A stretch of DNA of 64,000 bases from NCBI GenBank assembly GCA_963735955.1, contig CAVTND010000008.1, positions 15,085 through 79,084 on the forward strand. Direction: 5' to 3'. Under the pieces are notes generated by a model that ran no database searches, was not told the origin of the DNA, and saw only the letters and a list, made by a program, of their open reading frames with translations. Source of the DNA: an uncultured beta proteobacterium (lineage in GTDB: Bacteria > Pseudomonadota > Gammaproteobacteria > Burkholderiales > Burkholderiaceae_F). The position numbers and the translations under genes were made by a program. The stretch's first letter is position 1, and every line of letters begins with the position of its first letter. Below are positions 1 to 8,530 of this stretch, piece by piece.

Positions 1-1428
1 TGCGCGAGCCTTGATTCGCCCTACCGGGCGCTTCCTGCTGCCACGGACCTGGCCCGCAGCGATGCCACCGGCGAGTGCCTGCGCCGCCTGCAGTCGTTCG
101 ATTCGGACATCGATGCAGCGGCACTACGCGATGTCCAGGCCACGCCTGTCCCCGGGTATCCCTACTTGCGTGCGGATCGGTTCTCCGTTCGCTCCGAGAG
201 CGGCAGTCAGCCCGAGGCCGGCATTGCACGGGCACGCGTGGAACGCATGGCGGCGCTGGATGCCGAAGCCCGGGAGTACGAGATGAAGAATCTGGGGCTG
301 CCGCCGTCCGAGCGCGAAAAGCTCGAGCGCTGTCAACGCGAACTCGCCGCGACCGCGCAGGAAGATGCACAGCATGCTGCCGCCGCGGCGGTCGTGCCCG
401 ACGACTACAGCGAAGCAATGCGCATCGTCGGAATCTATCCGCTGGCGCAGATTCCGTTTTCAGCCGGAGTCGCCGATTGGCAGAACAGCGTGCTGGAGGG
501 TTTCCGGAAGCCTTGGCCGCAAGTGCCGGTTGAAGGTCAACGTCAGCGATACACATTGGTCGCGCGCTCTGAGTCAGCGGATGTAGCCGGACTACTGCCG
601 GGCGCGCCTGCTTTGGGTTCAGCCCGGGCATGGCAGCTGCTGCAGCAGCATGCGCCGGTGATCATCGTCGATACGGTGTCGGACGATGATCGAATCGGTG
701 CTCTGACCTGGCGTGATTTGTCGGGCGCAGAGCGCATCACGGTCGATGTGCGCGATCCGGCCCTGTATGCGCGCATCGCCTGGACCGAAATTGCCGGAAA
801 CGCAAGACTGCAACTGGTCTACACGCTTTGGTTTCCTGCGCGCACCGCGCGCTCAGCATTCGACCTCGAGGCCGGGCCGCTGGATGGCCTGATCTGGCGG
901 ATCACGCTCGATGATCAATACCGTCCTCTGGTTTACGACTCCATCCATCCTTGCGGTTGTTTCCACATGTTCTTTCCGACCGAAGGCATTCGCACCCGAT
1001 CGGACATCGCTGGGCAGGGCCGGTTCGACGAGCGGCTGCTTCTGCCGCAGTCACTGCGCTCTCCCGACACGAATGAGCGGATTGCGGTCTACGTGACTGC
1101 CCGCACGCACCAGATTCAGCGCGTGGCGATTGAAGCGCAGGGTGCGGAGCCGGGGCGAGGCTACCGGTTGCTGGACGAGAATCTGCTGCGGGCACTTCCC
1201 CGGGCGTCCGGCACCGGGGCCACACGCAGCGCATACGGACCGGACGCACTGGTCGCCGGCAGCGAGCGCGCGGAGCGTTGGTTCTACTGGCCGATGGGCA
1301 TACCGTCAGCCGGCCAGATGCGCCAGTGGGGTCACCACTCGACCGCCTTCGTCGGCCGCCGCCACTTTGATGACCCGCTTCTGATCGAGCGCTACTTTGT
1401 CGTGGTTCCGCGCGATGGTTCGGGCTAA
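1..1428 (+). CDS. Conserved hypothetical protein, 5'-truncated by the window edge
   Basis: Frame 1 is open from nt 1. There is no stop and no in-frame ATG before the TTG at 166, and it is GC3-rich throughout, so the gene starts upstream of the window. Stop TAA at 1426-1428 abuts the next gene. No family recognised by eye (contains HPCGCFHMFFPTEG). Confidence 0.6.
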   Translation, partial: CASLDSPYRALPAATDLARSDATGECLRRLQSFDSDIDAAALRDVQATPVPGYPYLRADRFSVRSESGSQPEAGIARARVERMAALDAEAREYEMKNLGLPPSEREKLERCQRELAATAQEDAQHAAAAAVVPDDYSEAMRIVGIYPLAQIPFSAGVADWQNSVLEGFRKPWPQVPVEGQRQRYTLVARSESADVAGLLPGAPALGSARAWQLLQQHAPVIIVDTVSDDDRIGALTWRDLSGAERITVDVRDPALYARIAWTEIAGNARLQLVYTLWFPARTARSAFDLEAGPLDGLIWRITLDDQYRPLVYDSIHPCGCFHMFFPTEGIRTRSDIAGQGRFDERLLLPQSLRSPDTNERIAVYVTARTHQIQRVAIEAQGAEPGRGYRLLDENLLRALPRASGTGATRSAYGPDALVAGSERAERWFYWPMGIPSAGQMRQWGHHSTAFVGRRHFDDPLLIERYFVVVPRDGSG

Positions 1429-1431
1429 GTG

Positions 1432-2241
1432 ATGAGACTGCGCGTTGCAACCTACAACATTCAGAAGGGCGTCAGCAGCGTACGCCAGCGCTCGCGCATT
1501 CACGACCTGCGCCTGGCATTGCATTCAATCGATGCCGACATCGTCTTTCTGCAGGAAGTCCAGCAGCGCAACGAGCGCCTGGCGCGGCGCGCCGACCACC
1601 CGAAGGGAAGCCAACTCGATTTGCTGTGCGCCAGTGGCTATCGCCATCGTGCCTACGGCATGAATGCGGTCTACCCGAACGGTCATCATGGCAATGCCAT
1701 CGTGTCACGCCACCGGATCGACAGCCACCTGAATCACGATATCTCGGACCACGTACTTGAAAGCCGCGGCCTGTTGCATGCGGTCGCACATCTGAAAGGG
1801 TCGCGCGGCCGGTTCGACGTCCATCTGATCAACACCCACTTTGGTCTGATGAAGCGCAGCCGCGTGCGGCAGGCCGAATTCCTGATCGATTTTGTGAACA
1901 AGGAGATTCCGAAGGAGGTGCCGCTCGTGATCGCTGGCGACTTCAATGACTGGCAGCGCGGCGTCGATGAGATGCTGCACGCCGAGCTCGACGTGTTCGA
2001 GGCCGCTGCCGACTACAACCGCCGCAAGCGCAAGACCCGCCTGCTGGACCGGCTGCTGCCATGGCGGCGTTCCGGTCGCATCAACGTGGCGCGGACCTTT
2101 CCAAGCGTGCTCCCCTGGCTGACGCTCGATCGGATCTATGTGCGCGGCTTCCGGGTGCGCGAAGTGCGCGTGCCCAAGGGGCCCGAGTGGTCGAAGCGAT
2201 CCGATCACCGGCCACTGGTCGCCGATCTTGAAATGACATGA
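1432..2241 (+). CDS. Endonuclease/exonuclease/phosphatase (EEP) family protein, YbhP-like
   Basis: EEP-type motifs: ATYNIQKG, FLQEV, GDFND, SDHRPL. ATG at 1432 (GTG at 1429 is also possible) lies directly after the upstream stop. Its stop overlaps the next start (ATGA at 2238-2241). Gene order is as in E. coli ybhP-clsB. Confidence 0.85.
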   Translation: MRLRVATYNIQKGVSSVRQRSRIHDLRLALHSIDADIVFLQEVQQRNERLARRADHPKGSQLDLLCASGYRHRAYGMNAVYPNGHHGNAIVSRHRIDSHLNHDISDHVLESRGLLHAVAHLKGSRGRFDVHLINTHFGLMKRSRVRQAEFLIDFVNKEIPKEVPLVIAGDFNDWQRGVDEMLHAELDVFEAAADYNRRKRKTRLLDRLLPWRRSGRINVARTFPSVLPWLTLDRIYVRGFRVREVRVPKGPEWSKRSDHRPLVADLEMT

Positions 2242-3455
2242 GCAGTGTCGAGTCCGACACGCCGTGGGCGGAGGTAACACGACCGCCCGACGTGTCGATC
2301 GGCAACCGGTTGCGCTTGCTGAAGACCGGCAATGATTATTTCCCGATCTTGCTGGCAGCCATCAACAGCGCGGCACGCTCAGTCCATCTCGAAACCTATA
2401 TTTTTGAGGACGACAACATTGGTCGACGTATCAGTGATGCGCTGGCTGTCGCGGCCGATCGCGGCGTGGCGGTGCGCCTGATGATCGATGGTTTTGGCGC
2501 CGCCGCCAGCGTCGCGCTCCTCAAGGCGCGACTCGAGCCGCTGGGTGCCCAGGTGCTGGTGTTCAGTCCTGCGCGCTGGTGGCGTCCGCAACGGGGGATC
2601 TTTCGCCGTCTGCATCGAAAAGTTGCACTGGTCGATGAGCAACTCGCCTTTGTCGGCGGTATCAATATCATCGACGACCAGAATCACCCGGAGCGCGAGC
2701 CCGGAAGTCTCGGACCGCGGTTCGATTTTGCGGTCATGTGCCAGGGGCCGATCGTGGCGACGGTTGCTGTCGCCGTGACCAGGCTTTGGCGTTCCGTGCA
2801 GTTCAGGCAGTTCCGGGCTAGGTCGCGATCGGTGCTGCCGCCGCCGCTCGCCGCAGCGGAACCATTCGCCGATGGCGTGCCGGCCGCACTGCTGCTGCGG
2901 GACAATTTCCGCAATCGCCGCACGATCGAGCGCGCCTATCTGGAGGCGTTTGAAGGGGCCGAGCACGAAGTTCTGATCGCGAACGCCTATTTCCTGCCCG
3001 GTCGACGATTCCGGGATGCCTTGATCGCAGTGGCGCGTCGCGGGGTGCGAGTGCGCCTGCTCTTGCAGGGGCGGACCGAATACTGGCTGCAGCACTACGC
3101 ACAGCTATCGCTCTATGGCCAACTGCTCGATGCGGGAATCGAGATTCACGAATATCTGGCGAGTTACATGCATGCCAAGGCCGCCGTGGTCGATGGCCGC
3201 TGGGCGACGGTCGGTTCGAGCAATATTGATCCCTTCAGTCTGCTCGTCGCGCGCGAAGCGAATGTGGCGGTGTTCGACGAGCGCTTTGCACAGGGGCTGC
3301 GCGCCGAGCTTGACCGCGCAATCGCGACCGAATCGCGTCCGATCGGATCCGAGACACTCGCCAGTCGTGGCCTGCTGCAACGCGTGATTGCCCGCTGCGC
3401 CTATCGACTTGTGCGCCTGCTCACCGTGTTGGTCGCGCAACGCGACGTCGATTGA
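2238..3455 (+). CDS. clsB: Cardiolipin synthase, ClsB-type (PLD superfamily)
   Basis: Two HKD motifs (HRKVALVD and HAKAAVVD...GSSN). About 405 aa with no N-terminal TM helices. Translationally coupled to the EEP gene. Confidence 0.85.
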   Translation: MSSVESDTPWAEVTRPPDVSIGNRLRLLKTGNDYFPILLAAINSAARSVHLETYIFEDDNIGRRISDALAVAADRGVAVRLMIDGFGAAASVALLKARLEPLGAQVLVFSPARWWRPQRGIFRRLHRKVALVDEQLAFVGGINIIDDQNHPEREPGSLGPRFDFAVMCQGPIVATVAVAVTRLWRSVQFRQFRARSRSVLPPPLAAAEPFADGVPAALLLRDNFRNRRTIERAYLEAFEGAEHEVLIANAYFLPGRRFRDALIAVARRGVRVRLLLQGRTEYWLQHYAQLSLYGQLLDAGIEIHEYLASYMHAKAAVVDGRWATVGSSNIDPFSLLVAREANVAVFDERFAQGLRAELDRAIATESRPIGSETLASRGLLQRVIARCAYRLVRLLTVLVAQRDVD

Positions 3456-3620
3456 GCCGCCTGGGCCGGTTCTCAAATTCAGGAATCCGGAGCTTTCAGC
3501 ATGACGCGGCGATGACATCCGCGTATCTTCGCCGCGGCAGCCTCGATCTGCGGCTCTGATGACGGCAGTGGCGATGCCGGCGTGCCGGCAGTTCAAAACT
3601 AGTAAACCGCGGGGGACGTC

Positions 3621-4805
3621 GTGACGATCGCCGTGAACGAGCTCTGGACCGCGATCGCGGCTCTGCTTACGATCCTGCTCGGGATTCGGATCAACGCGGT
3701 CGTCCGGCCGCTGACTTACTACAACATTCCACCGGCGGTAAGCGGCGGCCTGGTTGTCGCCGTATTACTCCTGCTGTACTTCTTGACGACCGGCATTCAC
3801 GTCACATTTGCCGACACCCTGCGCAATGCCCTGCTGCTGGTGTTTTTCGCGGGGCTGGGCTTGACGGCAAAGCTGAAAACAGTTGCCACTGGTGGTCCAG
3901 TGGTGCTGGCGTTGTGTGCCTTGATCGCGGTGCTGGCAGCGGCACAGTCAACGGTTGGCGTGGCGCTGGCCTCCGCCTTTGGCCTGCCGGCAGCGCTCGG
4001 TGTCTTCGTGGGTGGTGTGCCGTTTCTGGGCGGTCACGGCACTACTGTGGCCTGGGCTGACGCAGAACTCGCGCGCGGCCTGCCACACGCGCTTGAAATT
4101 GGCATGGTGTGCGCAACTCTCGGGCTGGTCGCTGGCGCACTTTCTTCCGGTGTCGTCGGCACCTGGTTGATAGAACGAGCACCCAGGACGGTTGCCGAAG
4201 CTGCGGCACCTGTGGCGGCAGAACCCTGGCCGCAGGGACCGTTTGTCTCTGATCGCTGGATCAAGACCCTGCTGTGGCTTGCGGTATGTGTTGGTCTTGG
4301 TCTCGCGGTGCGTCCTCTGATAACTGAGACGTTCGGCGTCACGGTGCCGGCGTTTCTTGCGGTGTTGCTGACTGCGGTGCTGCTGACCAATCTCGCTGAC
4401 CTGGCCAAGGTGCGGATCGATCTCGAAGGTGCTGACTTGATCGGTACCCTCGCACTGCGCGTCTTTCTCGCCGTCGCGATGATGGGATTGCAACTGGCCG
4501 CAGTGCGCGACTCGGTCGGTCTCATTCTTTCGGCGGTCGCCTGCCAGGTCTTGATCACCACAGCCCTGGCGGTGTTTGCGGTCTATCCCTTGCTCAAGGG
4601 ACGCGACGGCGCCGTGGCGGCGGCAGGCTTCGTCGGCTTCGGACTGGGCGCGATGCCGGTCGGGCTGGCCGCGATGAAGCGGCTAACCGCAAGCTACGGC
4701 CCGGCGCCGCGCGCAATCTTGATCATCACGCTGGCCGCTTCATTTACGATGGACACCGCCAATGCCCTGGTGGTCCAGACGTTTCTGAGCTGGTTCGGGC
4801 GCTAG
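3621..4805 (+). CDS. gltS: Sodium/glutamate symporter
   Basis: 394-aa polytopic membrane protein, alignable by eye with E. coli GltS (N-terminal LLTILLG, GGL.VA, LGGHGTT, CATLGLV). GTG start at 3621. Confidence 0.8.
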   Translation: MTIAVNELWTAIAALLTILLGIRINAVVRPLTYYNIPPAVSGGLVVAVLLLLYFLTTGIHVTFADTLRNALLLVFFAGLGLTAKLKTVATGGPVVLALCALIAVLAAAQSTVGVALASAFGLPAALGVFVGGVPFLGGHGTTVAWADAELARGLPHALEIGMVCATLGLVAGALSSGVVGTWLIERAPRTVAEAAAPVAAEPWPQGPFVSDRWIKTLLWLAVCVGLGLAVRPLITETFGVTVPAFLAVLLTAVLLTNLADLAKVRIDLEGADLIGTLALRVFLAVAMMGLQLAAVRDSVGLILSAVACQVLITTALAVFAVYPLLKGRDGAVAAAGFVGFGLGAMPVGLAAMKRLTASYGPAPRAILIITLAASFTMDTANALVVQTFLSWFGR

Positions 4806-5087
4806 GGCCTGTTCACACTAACAACGGGAGTGCGAAAGATGGATGGCGGGAGGAAGTCGCAGGCGGCGCGAGCGCCGTTGGCTGATGCCAATCAGCGAGC
4901 GCTCAGTTGGCAAATGCGGCAGCAATGCGCCCGCCATCCGTCTTTCCCGGAGGGTTGGGCCGAAATGCGGCGTCTGCTTTGTAGTGACGTCTGGCGAAGG
5001 GGGCCACCCTTGGCGGCGCCACCCTTCGCGCAGCCCTCCGCATTGCGGCCCAACGCATCTCCCGTTGTTAGTGTGAACAGGCCCTAG
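4802..5087. mobile_element. MITE-like non-autonomous element with perfect 29-bp terminal inverted repeats
   Basis: CTAGGGCCTGTTCACACTAACAACGGGAG at 4802-4830 is the exact reverse complement of 5059-5087. The outer CTAG could be a 4-bp target duplication, giving a 278-bp core with 25-bp TIRs. The left end overlaps the gltS stop codon. No credible internal ORF. Confidence 0.7.
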
Positions 5088-5191
5088 ACAAACGGCATCA
5101 CCTTCTCCCGGGCTTGGCCGCCCTTGAACAGCAGAGGTAAACTGAATCGCGTACTCGTTCTGAACCCCCCATTCTCGAATCTGGAGGATCC

Positions 5192-5458
5192 ATGAAGATT
5201 CGCTTTTTGAGCGCCGCCGCGGCGCTGCTGTTCTCCGCCGCTGCACTGGCTTTTCACTGCCCGGCCGACATGAAGAAGATCGACGACGCGATGGCCAAGA
5301 ACCCGAAACTGACGGAAGCCCAGATGGCCGAGGTCAAGAAATACCGCGCCGAGGGCGAGACGCTGCACAAGGCCGGCAAGCATCAGGAGTCGGTCGACAC
5401 GCTTGCCAAGGCGATGAAGATCCTCAACATCTCAGTAGTTGCTCCCTGCGCGAGATGA
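5192..5458 (+). CDS. Small exported helical protein (hypothetical)
   Basis: Signal peptide MKIRFLSAAAALLFSAAALA, then a Lys/Glu/Ala-rich helical 60-aa body. Followed directly by a rho-independent terminator. Confidence 0.6.
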   Translation: MKIRFLSAAAALLFSAAALAFHCPADMKKIDDAMAKNPKLTEAQMAEVKKYRAEGETLHKAGKHQESVDTLAKAMKILNISVVAPCAR

Positions 5459-5486
5459 CGCCGCCTGCGGGCGGCGTTTCTTTTTC
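5458..5486 (+). terminator. Rho-independent terminator
   Basis: ACGCCGCC-tgcg-GGCGGCGT stem-loop followed by TTCTTTTTC. Confidence 0.7.
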
Positions 5487-5507
5487 ATCGACTCGAGACG
5501 CACACTG

Positions 5508-8249
5508 ATGAGTCGCGGCCTGCCGCGCGGTTCCAATGTCGGCACTCAGCTGCGCGCGCGGCGCGCACAAGCGGCACGAGCGAGCGCGACGCAAGTTCGC
5601 TGCAAGAGGCCGCCCGCTGCGGCGCCCACCTCCTGCGCAACTCGCGCTGCCGAGCGCCGAGGGCTGGTTCGCGGCGCAGGGCTGGCAGCCGTTCGCGTTC
5701 CAGCGCGAGGTCTGGCGAGCACGTCGCCGACGGCCGCTCGGGTCTGCTGCATGCGACCACCGGCAGCGGCAAGACCTACGCGGTCTGGTTCGGGCTGCTG
5801 AATCGCGCACTGGCCGGCGAAGTCGCCGGTGGCGGCCTGCGCCTGCTGTGGCTGACGCCGATGCGAGCGCTCGCCGCCGACATCGCGCGCGCGCTCGAAG
5901 CGCCGCTGGCCGAACTCGGTCTCGACTGGAACGTCGGGGTGCGTACCGGCGACACCGAGTCGCGGCGAGCGCGCCCGCCAGTCGCAGCGATTGCCCGAGG
6001 CGCTCGTCACGACGCCCGAGAGCCTGACCTCCTGCTGTCGCGCGCCGATCGCCGTCGGCAGCTCGACGGCATCGAACTCGTCGTGGTCGACGAGTGGCAC
6101 GAGCTGATCGGCACCAAGCGCGGCGTGCAGCTGCAGCTCGCGCTGGCGCGTCTTCGCAAGGTTTGCGCGCGCAGCGCGCGGCGCGGCTTCCGCCCCGCCC
6201 CCGCCCCGGGGCGGGGGTCGGGGGTGGGGGGCCCTGAGTCAGGGCAACAGGCCCCATAGAACCGCAGGCGCAGCTTCGCGGTATGGGGCCTGTCCGCCAC
6301 TCTGGGCAACACCGAGCACGCGATGGAAGTGCTGCTGGCCGGCGCGCCCGGCGTGATGGTGCGCGGCGCGATCGCCAAGGAGATCGTGGTCGACACGCTG
6401 CTGCCCGAGCGAACCCGGGCCGCTTCCCCTGGGGCGGTCATCTCGGCATCCGAGATGCTCGAGCCGGTCGTGCGCGAGATCGAGCGCGACTCGAAACGAC
6501 GCTCGTCTTCACCAACACGCGCTCGCAGGCGGAGATCTGGTACCAGTCGCTGCTCGAGGCGCGGCCCCAATGGGCCGGCCTGATCGCGCTGCATCATGGC
6601 TCGCTCGACAGGGAGGTGCGCGAGTGGGTCGAGCGTGGGCTCAAGGAAGGGCGACTGAAGGCGGTGGTCGCCACCTCCAGCCTCGACCTCGGCGTCGACT
6701 TCCTGCCGGTTGAACGCGTGCTGCAGATCGGCAGCTCCGAAGGGCGTGGCGCGACTGCTTCAGCGCGCGGGCCGCAGCGGACATGCGCCCGGGCGCGCGT
6801 CGCGCGTGACGATCGTGCCGACCCACACGCTCGAACTTGTCGAGGCCGCGGCGGCGCGCGCCGCCGTCATCGCCGGCCGGGTCGAATCGCGCACGCGCCC
6901 GAGCCACCGCTCGATGTGCTGGTGCAGCATCTGGTCACCTTGGCGTCGGCACCGGCTTCCGCGCCGAGCAGACTCTCGCCGAGGTCCGCGACACCTGGAG
7001 CTACCGCGAGCTCAGCGGACGAGGAATTTGCCTGGGCGCTCGACTTCGTCGGCCGCGGCGGCGAGTCGCTGCGCGCCTATCCCGAGTATCACCGCGTCGT
7101 CCGCGATGCCGAGGACGGTTTCTTCGCGTGCAGGAGCGCAGTATCGCGCGGCGGCACCGCATGTCGGTCGGCACCATCGTGGCCGACGCCTCGATGCTGG
7201 TGAAGATGCTCAACGGTCGCAACGCTCGGCACGATCGAGGAGTCGTTCATCGTCGCGGCTGCGCAAGGGCGACACCTTCGTGTTCGGCGGCCGCCTGCTC
7301 GAACTGGTGCGCGTCCACGAGATGACGGCGTACGTGCAGCCTCGACCGGCGGCGCAGCGGTGCGGTGCCGCGCTGGACCGGCGGCAAGATGCCGCTGTCG
7401 ACCGAGATGGCCGATGCGTCCCTGCGCGAACTCGAAGGTGCGCTGGCCGGCCGCTACGACGCACCCGAGATGCAACTGGCGCGGCCGCTGATCGAACTGC
7501 AGGCGCGCTGGTCGGCCGTGCCGACGCGCGACGACCCTGGTCGTCGAGTCGCTGCGGTCGCGCGAGGGTCGGCACCTTTTTGTCTATCCGTTCGCCGGGC
7601 GCCATGCGCACCTGGGCCTGGCGTCACTGCTGGCTACCGGATCGGGCAGGCGCACGCCGTCGACCTTCTCGATCGCGATCAACGACTACGGCTTCGAACT
7701 GCTGTCGCCCGGCGATATCGACTGGATGGGCGCCTGGCAACGCCGCGTCGGACGCTGCTCGCCGACAACGGGCTGCTCGACGACGTCCTGGCGAGCCTGA
7801 ACGCCGGCGAGCTCGCACTGCGGCGCTTTCGCGAGGTTGCACGCATCGCCGGGCTGGTGTTCCAGGGCTTTCCGGGTGCACCCGAATCGATGAAGCAGCT
7901 GCAGGCGAGTTCGGGACTGCTCTACGAGGTCTTTCGCAAGTACGACGCCGGCAACCGTCTGCTGGCACAGGCCGAGCGCGAGGTACTCGAGCAGGAGCTC
8001 GACATCGAGCGACTGCGCGCGGCGCTCGCGCGCATGCGCCGCCAACGCGTCGTCTACCGACTGCTGGCGCGGCCGACGCCGTTCGCGTTTCCGCTGATGG
8101 TCGAGCGCCTGCGCGAGCAGGTGACGACCGAAAGTTTGTCCGCGCGGATCGAGCGCATGCTCGCCGAACTCGAAAGCGCCGAGGCGGCATCGGCCAGGGA
8201 CATACAAGATCTTGTTTTCCCACGTGCTGAATCATCCAACATCTTGTAG
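5508..8249 (+). pseudogene. Lhr-like DEXH-box helicase (ligase-associated DNA-damage-response type), multiply frameshifted as sequenced
   Basis: Helicase motifs are readable but spread over all three plus frames: GWQPFAFQREVW; GLLHATTGSGKTYA, LLWLTPMRALA, RTGDTES, VVVDEWHEL; GERARQSQRLPEALVTTPESL in a third frame (about 5950-6030); WGLSATLGN; FPWGGHLG; TLVFTNTRSQAEIWYQ; HHGSLD..VVATSSLDLGVDF; LLQRAGRSGH. The C-terminal 7790-8249 lies in one frame. By eye there are at least about 12 one-nt frame changes, plus an in-frame TAG (6257-6259) inside an inserted GC-rich repeat. The start codon is uncertain. Confidence 0.85.
6190..6293. repeat. GC-rich palindromic (REP-like) insertion with a G-quadruplex-type motif, inside the helicase reading frame
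   Basis: Perfect palindrome CCCCCGCCCC/GGGGCGGGGG at 6198-6217. Four G-runs, GGGGcGGGGGtcGGGGGtGGGGGG, at 6208-6231. Second hairpin ACAGGCCCCATA (6247-6258) / TATGGGGCCTGT (6282-6293). It sits between the conserved LALARLR and WGLSATLGN helicase motifs and carries the in-frame TAG. Confidence 0.7.
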
Positions 8250-8284
8250 AGCAATTCCCGCGGCTTGATTCGTCTCGCATGCCC

Positions 8285-8345
8285 TTTTCAGAGGGAGAAA
8301 CGACGTTGTTCACAGCGCAATTTCCCTCTGAAAACCTGCTTTTTT
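8285..8345 (+). terminator. Hairpin plus T-tract downstream of the helicase gene
   Basis: TTTTCAGAGGGA (8285-8296) pairs with TCCCTCTGAAAA (8323-8334). The loop is long (26 nt). A TTTTTT tract follows at 8340-8345. Confidence 0.45.
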
Positions 8346-8530
8346 CCTCTTGTAATTCGTTGCGTTTGCTCTAGGATCGCGTTCACGCAACGAGAGCGCT
8401 CTTGATTATTCATTCGAGAACGCTGTCGCTGTGGCATTCAACTTCCTGTAAGGAGATACTCGATGGCAACGCCAAAAAGGCAAAGAAAGCTGCGAAGAAG
8501 TCCGCCAAGAGAGCCGCGCCGAAGAAGGCG

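Noticed and set aside
2700-2740. GGTTCGATT, a tRNA T-arm-like string.
   Set aside because: It lies inside the clsB coding frame, and no acceptor or anticodon arms can be drawn. I recognised no tRNA anywhere in the window.
4830-5087. 85-aa and 77-aa ORFs inside the MITE-like element.
   Set aside because: They run into the terminal inverted repeat, have no SD, and have Arg/Pro/Ala-rich composition. The element is better explained as non-coding.
8463-8490. Programmed ribosomal frameshifting as the explanation for the out-of-frame starts and segments (SWIB, pilE, fadB, cls and others).
   Set aside because: No slippery heptamer plus downstream structure at these sites. The many shifts per gene run in both directions, which is incompatible with programmed recoding.
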